NCBI GenBank assembly: GCA_001179505.1
Contig: CDMY01000248.1
Location: 1 to 64,000 of the forward strand
Length of the DNA: 64,000 bases
Direction: 5' to 3'
DNA from: Vitrella brassicaformis CCMP3155
Taxonomy: Eukaryota; Protista; Chromerida
Below the pieces are notes generated by a model. It was not told the origin of the DNA and made no database searches. It was given only the letters and a program-made list of their open reading frames with translations. Shown one piece after another: positions 33,886 to 47,100 of this stretch. A program made the translations under genes and the position numbers. Positions within the stretch are counted from its first letter, which is position 1, and each line of letters opens with the position of its first letter.

Positions 33886-36499
33886 ATGCCGCGGGTCTTT
33901 CTGGACCTCAGCGATGATGTTTGGCACTACATCATCGGCACACGGCTCATGGACTACGCCGAGGTGATGCCGCTGAGGTCCTCATGCCACACAGTCCTCT
34001 CGCTGGTCGACCACGGAGCTCAACAGGCCCTCCACCGACTCACGAGGCTGCAAGACTGGGCATGGCTCAACCTGGTGCGTGTGCGTAGGCCAAGGAGACC
34101 ACAACAGCACTGAATCATTCTCCCTACTGTGTGCTGCTCTGCTGCTACAGGTTCACGTATCGCCGCTGCAGCGGTTGTTGATCGAGGACACGCTTCGCAA
34201 GAGGAAGCTGCGGCTTGCCGAGCTGTCGCTGGAGAACTGCCTGTGCTTCTTCAAGGAGCGCATCCTCTTCTCCCCCAACCTCAACGTGATCCGCGGCGGC
34301 AACGGGACGGGCAAGACGTCCATCATCCTCACCATATCCACGGCTCTGCAGGTCATGGAGGACATGCCGTCATTCGCCGTCCTCAGGTACGGCCGTGCCC
34401 ACCAGACCAGACACACAATCGGAATAATCACCGCTGCAGGCCTTTCTGTTTGTATACCTTGTGTGTGGACTCAGGTCTGGTGCCCAGTCCGGCAGCATCA
34501 CGATCCGCTTCGCCCCTGCAGCCGACATGTCCGGTCACCGCTTCTCCCTCTCCCTCACCGTGCAGCTGACGAGCACCCGCCCCTTCCTCACCCGACAGCT
34601 GGCAGTCAACCTGGGCCAGGGCGCAACACGACTTAAGCGCGTGGCCAACGGCTCGTCGCTTCCGCAGTCGGTGCCGCTGGACCGAGTGGTGATATCCACG
34701 GTGGACGCGGACATCCAGAAATGGCTCAGCCTGCTGGGCACGGACGGGTGGAGGAACCTGATACGACACCAGTGGTCGACCAACATCCCCCGCACATTCT
34801 TCGGGGCGACCCAGCTGATCAACCAGAGCGCCCCGCCGCCCCCACCGCCACCCAGCCTCTCCCCCCCTTCTGCCCCGTCCTCTGCACCCGCCCCCCCACC
34901 CGTCCCCTCCCTCCCCCTCCCCCCCATGCGCAAGGGGCGCATGAGTGACGAGGCACTCAGATGCCATCGTGACCACCAGTCAACCCAGGTGGCGTCGCGG
35001 AACATGGAGGCGCTCAATGCGCTCGTCACCAGCTACCGGGCCAAGATGCAGGCACAGCGCGACAACTCGCCCTCCCACAAACAGCCCCATGCAGACGGAG
35101 TCCTGCGTCCCCACCCACCCTCGCCGTCATCCGCGTCTGCCAGTGCGTCGTCGGCTCGCCCATTCTCGTCCCTCTCGTTGGCCGAGAGGCTCAAGACGGG
35201 AGCAAGCCCCATAGCAGCTGGCGACGCGCCGTTGGTGCCCTTCATGGGCAGCGGGCTGGGCCCTGGCGACCTGGGAGTGGCGGGCATTCCGTCATTCAAG
35301 GTGTCGGTCGAGGGCGAGGAGGAGGGGGGTGATGGCAGGGGCGGCGCTGGGGGTGGACGTGGTGGTCAGCATCTGCGGTTTGAGTATCGGCCGAGCGGGG
35401 GGATGCGATACCGGCCTGTTGAATATCGGACCACAGCGGGTGAGTGAGTGGGACCAAACACAGGACAGGACGGTGGAATGAATGGCTTGTGGCAGGACCG
35501 CTGATTGATTCCTTCTGTGTGCGTTCTTGGTTTGTTGTAGGTTCGTCCCCTGAGATGGAGGTGTTGTTGCGAATCCTGCTGTATCTCAACGAAGCTGACT
35601 CGCCCTTCCTGGTAAGGGAAGGAACTGTGGCCGACGAACGCCACAGGGTGTCCACTCCCTCTGTCCTGTCTTGTCTGTGTCTGCAATCCAGGCATTTGAT
35701 GAGTTGATGGGTTTCAACCTGGAGGACGCGTGCGACGCTGAAGCACGGCGGAATCTCCACCCTCTGCAGCGGACGTTCTCAGATCTGCTGTACCTGGCGC
35801 TTCTGCACTGCCTCGCCAGGGGCCGACAGGTCAGTACACGAACACGTGAATGTGTGGATATGTGAGTGTGGCCATCCGTTATTTTGTGCTGTCATCCCTC
35901 CCTCAGATCATCTGGACGACCGTCCGCCATGAGCGTGTCATCGGGGCGTGGCTGCGGCGTCTCGCCAAAGACCTCAAGCCCCTCCCGACGCCTCCATCCA
36001 CACCACCAACAGACGACAAGGCCACATCCACACGCAGCCTGGTGCCTCAGATGCCCATGCCATTCCGCCCGTCGCCCGGTCTGTCGCTGGCTGTGTCGCT
36101 GCATGGTGAGACGGGGGTGGGCGATGAGAGCCCGGTGGTGTTGGCCAAGAAGCTGACCGACATAGTGCTCAAGGGAGACAAGGGCGATGAGAGGCCGTCC
36201 GCCGCTGCCGCTGCTGCTGCTGGTACTGCAGAGGGAGACAAGAAGGACATTGGCGAGGATGCGGATGCGTTTATGTGCACGAGAGAGATGGAGGTGAGGA
36301 GGCCGGAGACGACACATCCATTGTAATGCATTGCGTGCTGGCGTCATATGGATGGATGGATGGATGTTTTGATGTGATGGGGGTGTGCGCGCAGGTGAAC
36401 ATGATAGAGCTGGAGTCTCGTGGGTACGCCGCGCCCCACAACCCGCCGCCATACAGCATCAAGACAGCCAGGGCCAGATTCAACCAGCTCCTGCTGTAG
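33886..36499 (+). CDS. F-box-like N-terminus fused to an SMC/RecF/Rad50-type ABC-ATPase head without a long coiled coil
   Basis: Exon 1: FLDLSDDVWHYIIGTRLMDYAEVMPLRSSCH (F-box-like). Exon 2: LAELSLENCLCFFKERILFSPNLNVIRGGNGTGKTSII (SMC_N strand + Walker A). Later exons: AG|SSPEMEVLLRILLYLNEADSPFL|AFDE (degenerate signature + Walker B) and Q|IIWTTVRHE (H-loop-like). Splice phases at these junctions were checked; stop at 36499. Confidence 0.75.
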
Positions 36500-37707
36500 T
36501 GGACGACACAAAACAAGGGGGCGGGGCGGGGCACTCACTGCGGCGTGTCGCTCACTAGGTGTGTAGGCCATAGGCATGTGTCTGAGTGTGACGGCGGGAT
36601 GGATGGATGGTGTGGTAAAGATGCGTGTGTGCTGAGAGGAGCAGTCCAAACGAGGTGGGTGGGCGGGCAGATGGATGTGCTGCTGGCCCTAGCTGCCATA
36701 CTGTCTTCTTGTCCAGCAACTCTGTTAGGCCTGGTCGTCTGAGCACGCACGAGTGACTGCTGTGATGACGGTCTCGCTTTGTCTCGATGGCGCGTGGGTG
36801 GGATATTGCGTCGCGACTGACATTTTTTGCTTCCTTTTGCCTCTCTCTTGCTGCTAGGTGGTTGCTCTCCGCGCTGTTGGGCGGTGGCTGTAGTCAGGGG
36901 GCGGAAAACTATGGATGAGAGACGCCAAGAACCGACGTCCTCTCATCCATAGGCTTCCTCTTCCGGACGCCAGCGATCGCTGGAAGCGCGAGGAGAGCAA
37001 GGAAAGAATGCACCCGCCTGTGGGCGAAATGGCTGTCCAGTGTTGTTGATGGTGTGGTACCTGCCCCTTGTTCTCGGTGAGGCAGCAGCACGATACCCAC
37101 AAGAGGTTGTGATGACTGCCACAACCTCTTGTCGGTGTCGTGTCGCTGGCCAGCAACCTTGGATGAGGGGAAGTGGACCTACCTCGTGTGTGTAAGTAAT
37201 GAGTACACGTGTATCCATCCTATCTATGCATCCGGCGTGTAAGTTTGTGTGTGTACAAGTGCCTCGACCGGCCTAGACCGATGGGCTTGATTTTTCACCT
37301 GCTGCTGACTGACTGAGAGAGAGAGGTTACCGATACGGCGACGGTCCCTCCAGTGACGATCGGTCGCTCGCGGGACACCCACACACGTGCAGGTGCCAGG
37401 CAGGTGTAGCGTAATTCGTTTGTTGCTGGCTGTGATGCGTACGTAGGCAGTGGATAACTTAGTTAAGAAGAAAGAAGGGGACGGGGGGAAGGGGGAGGGG
37501 GAGGATGGCGCCGCCACGCTGTACCTTAGCTGTCTATCCTTGAGCCGTCGTGGCCAATGAGTGATATATGCCGTCCTTCTCCTCCCCTCTCCCCACCTCC
37601 CCCCGACCACCTACCTAGTATCGTCTCTCTGGTTGTCGCCGATCTTGTCTTGTGTAAGTACTGTATTTTTCATCGCGACAGACGGAGAGAGACAGAGAAA
37701 AGGGTCG

Positions 37708-37731
37708 CGAGAGAGAGAGAGAGAGAGAGAG
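37708..37731. repeat. (GA)n microsatellite; a similar tract lies at ~14030-14058
   Basis: Read directly. Confidence 0.9.
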
Positions 37732-38897
37732 ATGGACGGGAAGGGGGCGCTTTCAATGGTCATTTCGTCACGGGTCACTCACGCGTGGTGAGCGTCGTTT
37801 TAAAGCGAGCGGGAGCCGTCGGTCGTCTGTCGTCTGTTGTCGGTCGGTGCCAGAGAATGTCAATGGTGCGTGAGTGGAGTTTTGTCTGCGTGTGCGAGGG
37901 ACGTGATGCGGCTGCTGGTGAGACTGATGACTTGACTGCATAAATGTGCATTCCTCCTTTGCTTGCTTGTGTCACTTTTGCCCCGCTGCTGTCGTCGCCC
38001 TTCTACCTGCATGCCTTCAGCCGTTTTTGACCCACCAGTGGGTGGGGGGGTGGGTGACTCCGTGTACCAACCAGGACCCCTTTGTGTGCTGTGCTGTGGT
38101 GTGGTGTGGTGATATGAATATGAGAAGCGTGTACTTTGTTTTTTTTCGTGTCGGTTTCAAGCCAACCCAGCAACCAACCAGCCACCCAGACAGACATCGA
38201 CGCGTTCAGCGTATGTATCGGGCAGCAAGGCAAGTCGTTACAACACACGCATACCGCACCACACCACACCGCACCACGAAACACAGTCTGTCTGTCGTAT
38301 ATATCCACACTGAAGAGCCGGCAACGTACATATGGACACACACACACACACGTGCAAGGAAGCAGCAAGCCAACAGGCAAGCAAGATACGGGCTGAATGT
38401 GGAAAACTGCCACCATCCCTCCACGCCCCTCACACCCAACCAGCCACCAAGCGAATGTGTCACACACGCGGATAGCTATGGAGTGTTGTTGTGATTTGGA
38501 TGTGTCGAGAGCAATAACCAAAGCCACTGGGGATTCAGATAGACGATATCCTCTACTTAGGAGGCACCATCGATCCAGCTCCGTAGTCGCCTTGGCAACA
38601 GCTCTCTCAACACATCCAATCACGCACAAACAGCAAGGGAGGGGCAAACACCGTAACCAGCCCCGCTAACACCCACTTTGTCAAGATCAGGTAAGCAGGT
38701 CTGCATATCCCCTCCCTCTACACAGTCGCATGCACGGCGACGGACGGCTGCACCCACCGTCTCCTACACCCCTGGCTTCTCCCCCGCCAACCTGCACCAC
38801 ACCAACACATACGGACATACACACGCACACAACAGGCAACACACCAGCTAATTAATGTGCTTGTGCGATTCTGTCCATGAGCGTGTGTTCGGTGAGC

Positions 38898-39756
38898 CTA
38901 CGATGCGAAGAACTCGTCGAAGTTGATGAGCCCGTCGCCGTCCTTGTCCGCCAAATGGATCAACTCATCCACCTCGTCTGGTATGCACCACAAACCAACC
39001 GACAGTTGTATACATTCGGCGACGATGGATGTGTGTATCTGTGCTTCCATCTCGTCTCGTCGTTTTCGCTGTGTGGAGTCAATCAATTCACCTTGTGTGA
39101 GTGGATTGCGTCCGAGGGTCGTGAGCAGATGCCGCAGCTCAGGCGGCGATATGAAACCGTTCCTGCAGGACACCGCCGCACACAACACAAACAGAGCGGC
39201 CCCCTCCTCTCCCTCCCTCCCTCCCCTCGGTTTGGCCCGTGTGTGTCTGTGTGTCTGTGTATGGGATGACAATGCGCCTGACTGACTTGTCCTTGTCGAT
39301 GAGTTGGAATGCCTGGAGTACGTCGTCTTCGCTCTCGAGTCCCAGCATCTTCCTCTTCATGGCGTTGAAGAACTCCTCATAGTCCAACTCACGGTCACCA
39401 TTCTCATCCAAATCTGCCGACCGACCGACCGACCGCACAGAGAGAGGCGTGGCACGTGTAGTGTGCAGGCACGTGTGTCTGTGTGTACCGTCTACGATTT
39501 GCGCGATTTCTTCTGGGCTCACGTTGTCCCCCTCGAGGGCCTTCTTCATGGCCTTCTCCATCTCCGGGAGGGACAGCTTCCCATCCTTGCTCGTGTCGTA
39601 GTGGTCGAACACCGCCTTTATCTCCTTCTTCTGCAACGCATACGCACACACACACAGACGGGCGGCAACACTTGCACACCCACGCCCCTCCCCGGACAGA
39701 AGCCCCCTCACCTGCTTGTCGGTGAGCTCCTTGCGATTCAATAAGCCCGTGTCCAT
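38898..39756 (-). CDS. Calmodulin/centrin-like protein with four EF-hands
   Basis: Spliced product MDTGLLNRKELTDKQ|KKEIKAVFDHY-DTSKDGKLSLPE...DENGDRELDYEE-FFNAMKRKM...VLQAFQLI-DKDK|NGFISPPE-LRHLLTTLG...DEVDELIHLA-DKDGDGLINFDE-FFAS*; all four loops keep Glu12. Confidence 0.9.
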
Positions 39757-39978
39757 CGTCTCCCGTACGATTCTAACAGCAAATCCACACCGAATTCTCC
39801 GTAAAACCTTCACGGTTGCGGCCAGGGTTGTTTCCGGGCCAGATCTTGATCTTGGCCTTTTTCCTCTCATCGCTGGCGCCGTTTTCTCGCGTTCCCATGA
39901 CGGTGCTCGGCCACCGCAGCACGGCAACACCAACATAAATAAGTCGCTCGGCCACGTGGGCACAGGAAGCATCAGATC

Positions 39979-42900
39979 ATGAGCGACGGTGCGGCCGTCC
40001 GAGAGGCCTGGGGTGAGGGTAGGGGTGGCGATGGAGGTTCGCCCAAGGGTGCGAATGGGATATGGCAGTCCCCGCAGTGCCCCATACTCCAGCAGGCCGT
40101 CGTCAAGCTCACGGGTGAGAACCGAACACAACACACAGGCAGGGGACAGAGGGAGGGAGGGAGAACGGCGTCCGTCCGTCCGTCCATCCATCCATGTATG
40201 TATCCATGCTGTTTGCCGCAGAGGATCTTCGGTTGTGTCGTCACGAGTTGGGATGTAGCAAGCGAGAAGTGCAGGTGGGCCCAACACACCCACACACACG
40301 ACGCACCCTCCTTCAAAAGTATCTGATGGATATGCCTCCCGCTCTCCACCGCACCGCAGGCCATCACGCGTCAGCTCCGCGATGCCGAGCACCAGATTAA
40401 GGAGCTCAAAGCCAGACTCGTAGAAGAACGGGTGGGTACACGAACCATCCACACACGCCCACAGCCGCAAACCACCCCCTCCCCCCNNNNNNNNNNNNNN
40501 NNNNNNNNNNNNNNNNNNNNNNNNNNNNNNNNNNNNNNNNNNNNNNNNNNNNNNNNNNNNNNNNNNNNNNNNNNNNNNNNNNNNNNNNNNNNNNNNNNNN
40601 NNNNNNNNNNNNNNNNNNNNNNNNNNNNNNNNNNNNNNNNNNNNNNNNNNNNNNNNNNNNNNNNNNNNNNNNNNNNNNNNNNNNNNNNNNNNNNNNNNNN
40701 NNNNNNNNNNNNNNNNNNNNNNNNNNNNNNNNNNNNNNNNNNNNNNNNNNNNNNNNNNNNNNNNNNNNNNNNNNNNNNNNNNNNNNCCCCTCCCCCCTCC
40801 CCTCCTCTGTGTTCTTTCTTTCTGTCAGGAGCGGTCGTCAGCGTTGGAGCGCGCGAGCACCCGCCGCACCACCTCCTACCGCCGGCTGCCATCCGACCTG
40901 CTGGACAAGGCCGGCGGGCCCGTATTAGCTGACCGTGTGTCGTCCCACCCATGCCCCACCAGCATGGACGCGCCACCATACGTGGGCGGAAACGGCCTCC
41001 AGGTGAGGGCCTTGGGCGGCCATCCCGACCGGCCCCCGCGTGTTGGGGGTCATCGTGCGACGCCCAGGGAGGGCAGGCGGGGCGGGGGAGAGGGAGAGGG
41101 AGACGATCGCAATAGACTCCATTCTCTGCTGTCTGAGGTGGGTACGGACACGTGAAAATGCTGGTGTGGGGTGGTGGAACCATGCCATGAGTTGAGTTGG
41201 TCCTGTGTTTGTGCGTTGTGTGTTGTGTGCAGCACTATGACAAGGACACCTTGGAGAAGTAAGTTGGAGGGCGGAGGGAAAAGGAAATGAAAGGACTTAC
41301 ACGCCTTAAGGCCTTCGTGGAAGCTTTTTGGTTTCTGACAGGTTGATGATGGAGCGTGAGACTGCAGAGGATGTCCGCCAGGTCCGCCGCGAATAGAAAA
41401 AAGACCCCCCCATATCCCACATCCCAGCCACCCATTCACTTTTCCCTTTCTCCATTCCTCAGACCATCCAGGCCCTCGAGCGGATGCACCAGACCACCAC
41501 CACCACCACACACGAGCCTGACGGCTCCATCATCAGCCTGAGACCGCAATACGACAACCCCTTCTCAGTCCACCCACCCCACCTGCCACCCAAACCACCC
41601 AAGACGCAGATTCAGACGCAGCAGCAGCAGCAGCAGCACCAGCACGGCACGCGCACATCCCTGCCGCAGTCGCCCCCAGTAGACCAAGACGAAGAGGATG
41701 CGCACCCGCCACCAGTCATCCCCTTCCGACCTCGCGAGTCCGTGAATGGTGCTACTGGTGTTGGTGGGAGTGTGTTGGCGGAGGGGAGTGTGGGAAATGG
41801 CATGGTGGTGCCGCCCAGCAACATCCCGAGGAAGGTGCCCAAGGGCGGGGTCAACCAGATGTCGACCATCCGCCGCAACGGGTCGCCCACGTCGGCCATT
41901 CCCCCCTGCAAGAGGGCCACTGCGACCACCGCACGGCCGCTCAAAGGCATCCCCGGACAGCCACAGCCACACCAGCAGCAGCAGCAGCAGCAGCAACAGA
42001 CGAACGGTGCGGCTGCAGGGGCGCCATCCATTTTGTCAGAACAGCATCCTCCGGTTACCGTCACTGCCAAGGCCGACAGCGCCATCGCTGGGTCGCGGAC
42101 GCCGCCCTTCGTTCCCATGTCGATGCACCCCAACAAGCGAGACATGGAGAGAGGCACCCGCCCCGCAATCTTCTACTCGCCCGGGGGCAAGGTGCTCCAG
42201 CCACACGGCCAGTCGGCAGAGCTGGGGCCGAAGGAGCGGGGACCTCTGGCCAACCTCGTGCTGCCGCCCTCCGTCTTTCCCCCTGACCAGACCAGCAATG
42301 GTGAGGTGACGGACGTGGCCCCCGCTCAGCGCGTCGACCTCTCCAAGGCGCTCACAGAGCGAGACACACACACCCAAGCGCAGCCCCAGCAGCTGTCGCC
42401 AGTGAAGGAGGGCGCCACGATTCGCGAGAGCAAGACGGCCAAGAAGGAGAGGGAGGGGTGGCGCGGCCGGCCGGCGTCATCTCGCGACGTGCTGGAGGGG
42501 GCAAGAGTGGGTGTGGGTGTGGGTGTGGGTGTGGGCGGGGGTGATAGTCGGCTGTCGGGTGTAGCTACTACAGCTGAGGAGACCGGTGCTGGTGTTGGTG
42601 TTGGTGGTGTAGCTGGTGTGTGTGAGAGGGCTCACGTGGACTACAACGTGATAGAGCCGCATGAGAGGGGTGTGGAGCAGCGGTATGTGAGCACGCAGCA
42701 CGAGACCCTGGAGCCGCGCAACCCGCCTCTGCATGACAAGGGTCAGCCAGCCACATTATATAATGGGGCCCTCTCCTTTGTGCCTGCAGGACCTCTTGCT
42801 TGTGTTGTTCTGTGGCTGTCTGTCTGTCTGCCGTCTGTCAGAGCGTGTCAAGAAGATCTGTGACAGCGTCGACTGGCATGTGCAGGCGCAATCCTTCCTT

Positions 42901-43637
42901 ATGAAGTAAGTGAGGGCCACACACACATACACACACACATGCACACCAGAGAGGCGGACCAGTGATCCCCTCATGTGTGTGTGTATGTGTCTATGTCTGT
43001 GTGTGTGTGTGCAGGAACAGGTATTCGGTCGTCTGGAAGGCGGCGCAGCAGCAACGCGCAATGGGCCACTCGGCGTTGCCGCCCACCGCCGAATCGCATC
43101 AGCCCGCGCGGGCCAGCGAGGTGCTGGGCGGCAGTCCTCACACCGGTCCCATGCAGGGGCCGTTTCCGCCCTTCTTCCAGCTGCAGCAATCTCTCTCTTC
43201 GCAGATGCCCCTGCCAAAGACCACGTCCGTCGCTGCTGGTGATGAAACGACACGCAAGAGCACACCAACTGCAAGTTTTGGGTACATCTGTCTGTGTCGT
43301 GTCTGCAGGTCAGACGACGCTCGGTAGCAGCCCCAACCGCCCCCACCCCTCTCAGTCGCACATCAACCGTAGCCCCGTCCTGACCGCCTCGCGCCAACAC
43401 GTCTTTAACCTGCCGCCGTTCCCTCCCTCAGCCAGGCCACGCACCCCGCCATTCTTCCCTGGCACCAGCGCCGCTCGGCAGTCGCACTCACCCCCACCGG
43501 CGCCATCGACGCGACACAGGGGCGACAAGCAGGGGCGCACCCAGGTGGTGACGCTGAGTCTGAGTGAGCGCGAGAACGACCTCCCGAAGAGTGAGAGCTT
43601 CCATGTCAAGATGCGCAGCAGCGAGGGGGAGCGGTGA
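39979..43637 (+). CDS. Uncharacterised protein: short N-terminal coiled coil followed by long Pro/Gln/Ser-rich disordered exons
   Basis: In-phase exons MSDGAAVREAW...VVKLT|AEDLRLCRHELGCSKREVQ|AITRQLRDAEHQIKELKARLVEER|(gap)|ERSSALER...|HYDKDTLEK|LMMERETAEDVRQ|TIQALERMHQ..., then ORF 41484-42863; last exon ends KMRSSEGER* at 43637. Confidence 0.65.
40487..40786. other. Assembly gap (300 N), intronic
   Basis: N run flanked by poly-C; flanking exons join in phase 0. Confidence 1.
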
Positions 43638-44125
43638 GGGAGGGTGTGGCGGCAGTGGATGTGTGCATGGGGTCGGGGTGTGTGTGGGTGGTTGATGTCT
43701 GTATGGGTGTGGAGTTTAATCTGCCGCTGCTGCATGGAATTGAAGGGATGGATGGATGGATCGTTGGATGGATTTGTTGCTGCCTGAGTGACTTTTTGCT
43801 GGCTGGCCAGTAGGAGGGAGGGACGTACCCACGACTGTGTTGACGACCGATAGATAGATACCTTCTCGGTCGGTCGGTCGGACAGACTCACTCACCGAGA
43901 AGGAAGAGACACACACACACACATCAGCGGCTGGCTGCACAATTCGCTGAATGAAGCTGCAACGCAACGCAGCGCTCCACCATACACACTGTCGACACTA
44001 ATCAACACACAACACATATGACACGCAGATGTCACATGACATCACATCACACGTACCAGTGACATTGTGAGCCAATAGCTCAGCCCGTCTGTCTGTCTGT
44101 CTGTGTGTCAGCCTCCTCGTCCGTA

Positions 44126-47100
44126 CTACCCCAGGAGCCTCGTCAGGGCCTCCAGCACACTCTGGGGCACCTCCATGCGATACTCTTCCTGAGCCCGAAG
44201 CAGCAGCGCATGCGCCTCTCGAGCCGCATCGCGCGTGTCGTCCAGCAGTATCTGACACCAAACAGACACACACAGAAAGGGCTCGCTCCATGGCCATGTG
44301 GTGTCTGCGTTGTGTGTCTGCGGGCTGGTGTGTGCCGGCCGCCCCGGCCGACCAGTGCCTGTTGTGCCTGCTCGAAGTCGTGGAAGAAGGAGTCGGACTC
44401 GTACTCCTCTAACTGAGACTCTAACCTGTCCCTCTCGTCCTTGAGTGAGAGGTAGGCCTCGCGCAGCTCCTCGTGCTCCAACGACGCCTCCTGATACTCA
44501 GCCAGAACCCTGTCCGTTTGCTAAACACGCGCATCGCATCAAACAACAGACAGACCAGACAACCACCGATCGTCGATGCCACCCATCCACAACCATCGGC
44601 GCGTGTGGGTCGGCCCGGGGCCCACCTCTTCCAAGGCTCTGCCGTCGCTGATGGTCTTGTTGAGCCTGTCGATCTCATCCAACAGCTCCCTCTCCCTATC
44701 GCTCCCAGACGTCTCAGCTGGCACTGCTGCTGGTGCAGGAGGGCGGGGCCGCAGGAATTCCTTGTCACGCCTCTCGTTCTCGAGCTGGCGGCGCACCTCC
44801 TGCAGCTGGGCGCGAAGTGCGGCAGCCTCGTCGCGCTTGCGGGCGCTCTCCTCCTGGTGATCCTTCCCTAGCATCTTGTCCTGGATGGTGGTTGCGCCTG
44901 GAGTCTCCTGGGGGCTGCCGTCGATGCGCCGCGCTGCCTTGGCCTCGGCCGCTCGTCTGTCCTTGTCGCGGAGCTTCTTGTTGTCGGCGTCTAACCTGTG
45001 TGGGCGTGCAGTGCAGTGCAGCAGACAGACAAGGGTCGGCATGGCAGGTCGCGTGCTGTGCTGTTGCCGTACAATACGTAGGCCTATACCTACCGTGAGT
45101 TTTCGGTCTTGAGGCGCTCGGCGGTCCGGCGGAGCTGCTCCACAACCTGGTGGTGTGGTGACCAACGACAGACAGACAGACACAGACAGCACCATCCCAT
45201 GGATCCACACCTGTGTAGATCTTGTGTGTGTGTGTGGGATTCCCTTCTTCTTTACGTACGTGTGTGAGGTCCTGTTGATCCCTCGGCATGGGCGCCTTGC
45301 CTTTGACGCTGCCGGTCCGTCTCGGCCCCCTGGCGCCTGTAGCAGCTGCAGATTGTTTCTTGTCGAGGCCGAGCAGTAGCTCCAGCTCACGCACACGCTC
45401 CTCGGCCCGCTTCAGGTCGAGATCCTTCGACTGCCTGCACGACAATAGGCAAAGGATGGATGGGCTGGCTGCACCCACCATTAGCCGTGCAGTGCGTCCC
45501 TGCACCTACCTCTCGAACTCGAGGGTCAGCTTCTGATGCTCCAAGGCAAGCTTCTCCTCCTGCAGGGAGGGAAACAAACAGCCAAGCCAAGAAGCACACA
45601 GACAAGGAATGTATGCGCCGCGTACAGGTAGGTGTATGCCCCCACCTTACTTTACTTACCTCCAGCCGCCTGCAGGCCTTGTCCCTCTCCCGGCAGTCCT
45701 CCTTGAGCACCGCCACGTTGGTCTGCAGCCGGGTGTAGTAGGCGTCAGCCTGCACACGTGAACAAGGGCAGGAGAGGCAGGAGAGGAATTCATGGATGGA
45801 TGGACGTGTGGGTGCCTGTGGATCGTCCCCCGTCCCCCCCCCCCCCCCCGGGGGGGGGNNNNNNNNNNNNNNNNNNNNNNNNNNNNNNNNNNNNNNNNNN
45901 NNNNNNNNNNNNNNNNNNNNNNNNNNNNNNNNNNNNNNNNNNNNNNNNNNNNNNNNNNNNNNNNNNNNNNNNNNNNNNNNNNNNNNNNNNNNNNNNNNNN
46001 NNNNNNNNNNNNNNNNNNNNNNNNNNNNNNNNNNNNNNNNNNNNNNNNNNNNNNNNNNNNNNNNNNNNNNNNNNNNNNNNNNNNNNNNNNNNNNNNNNNN
46101 NNNNNNNNNNNNNNNNNNNNNNNNNNNNNNNNNNNNNNNNNNNNNNNNNNNNNNNNNNCCCCCCCCCCCCCCCGGTGGGGTGCGTACGGACCATTTGTTG
46201 AGGTGTGTGCATGTCCTCGACCAGGCTGTCGAGCTCAAACTGCAGCTGAGACCGCTGAGTCGTCAGCCTGAATCAAGCAATGGAAGCCAAGCCAACGAGA
46301 AACCAACCAACCAGTGTGGTCCACATGGTCTCTGAGCTCACTCACGTGAGGATCTCGTTCTCGAGGTGTTGAATGCGCAGCTCCTGCTCCTGGATGGTCC
46401 TGCGATCGTCAACCTCCACCCTCCTGCGCATCTCCTCGGCCTCCTTCTCGGCGGCCTCGAGCCGACTCCTGAGCTCCTCAGCCGACCGATACTCATGCAG
46501 CACGGCTGACGCATCCACTGCAGGGGCGGGGAGGGGGACGGCTGCCGCTGGCGCAGCTGTCTTGGGAGGCCCACCCACCTTCCGCCTATTGCCGGCGTCG
46601 GGCCGGTCGGGTGACACAGACACAGGGTCCAGGCGTGTCGGGGCAGCGTCGAGGCACTCCTGCACGGCTGTCTGGCGCAGCTCCTCCATCTTGTGCAGCC
46701 GACGGTGGGCCTCGTGCAGCTGCTGCTCCAGACGCCGGACCTCCTGCAAAGACAAATGGATGGACCAGCATGATGTATGTATGAAAAGGGAGGGCCCCCA
46801 TTGTCATGTCACCGTCCATGCCATGGGTGTGGTGGATGTGTCTGTCACCTTTTCTTGTCGTTCCCTCAGGGCGTTCGAGGTGCGGAGCTCCCGCCTCAGC
46901 CGCAGCGCCTCCTCCTGCTCTTTCTGATGGACGTAAAGACAAGACACAGCACAGGCACGGAGGACGATTCAATGACACCCGGCATGGCATGCATGGTTTC
47001 TGGCCATCCAATCCAGCGCCTACCTTTTTGGCCTGCTCGACGCCCCTGAGTCGGTTCTGCAGGTGAATGATGTCCTTGCCCACCTCCTTGGGCGCGTCGT

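Noticed and set aside
36750-38870. 2-kb convergent intergenic region as a possible ncRNA or hidden gene
   Set aside because: Dominated by CA/GA/TG simple repeats; no conserved ORF or structured RNA recognised.
39139-40470. 443-aa minus-strand ORF containing EF-hands
   Set aside because: It reads through introns. Only 38898-39756 forms a coherent calmodulin-like gene, and the upstream part is antisense to better-supported + strand coiled-coil exons.
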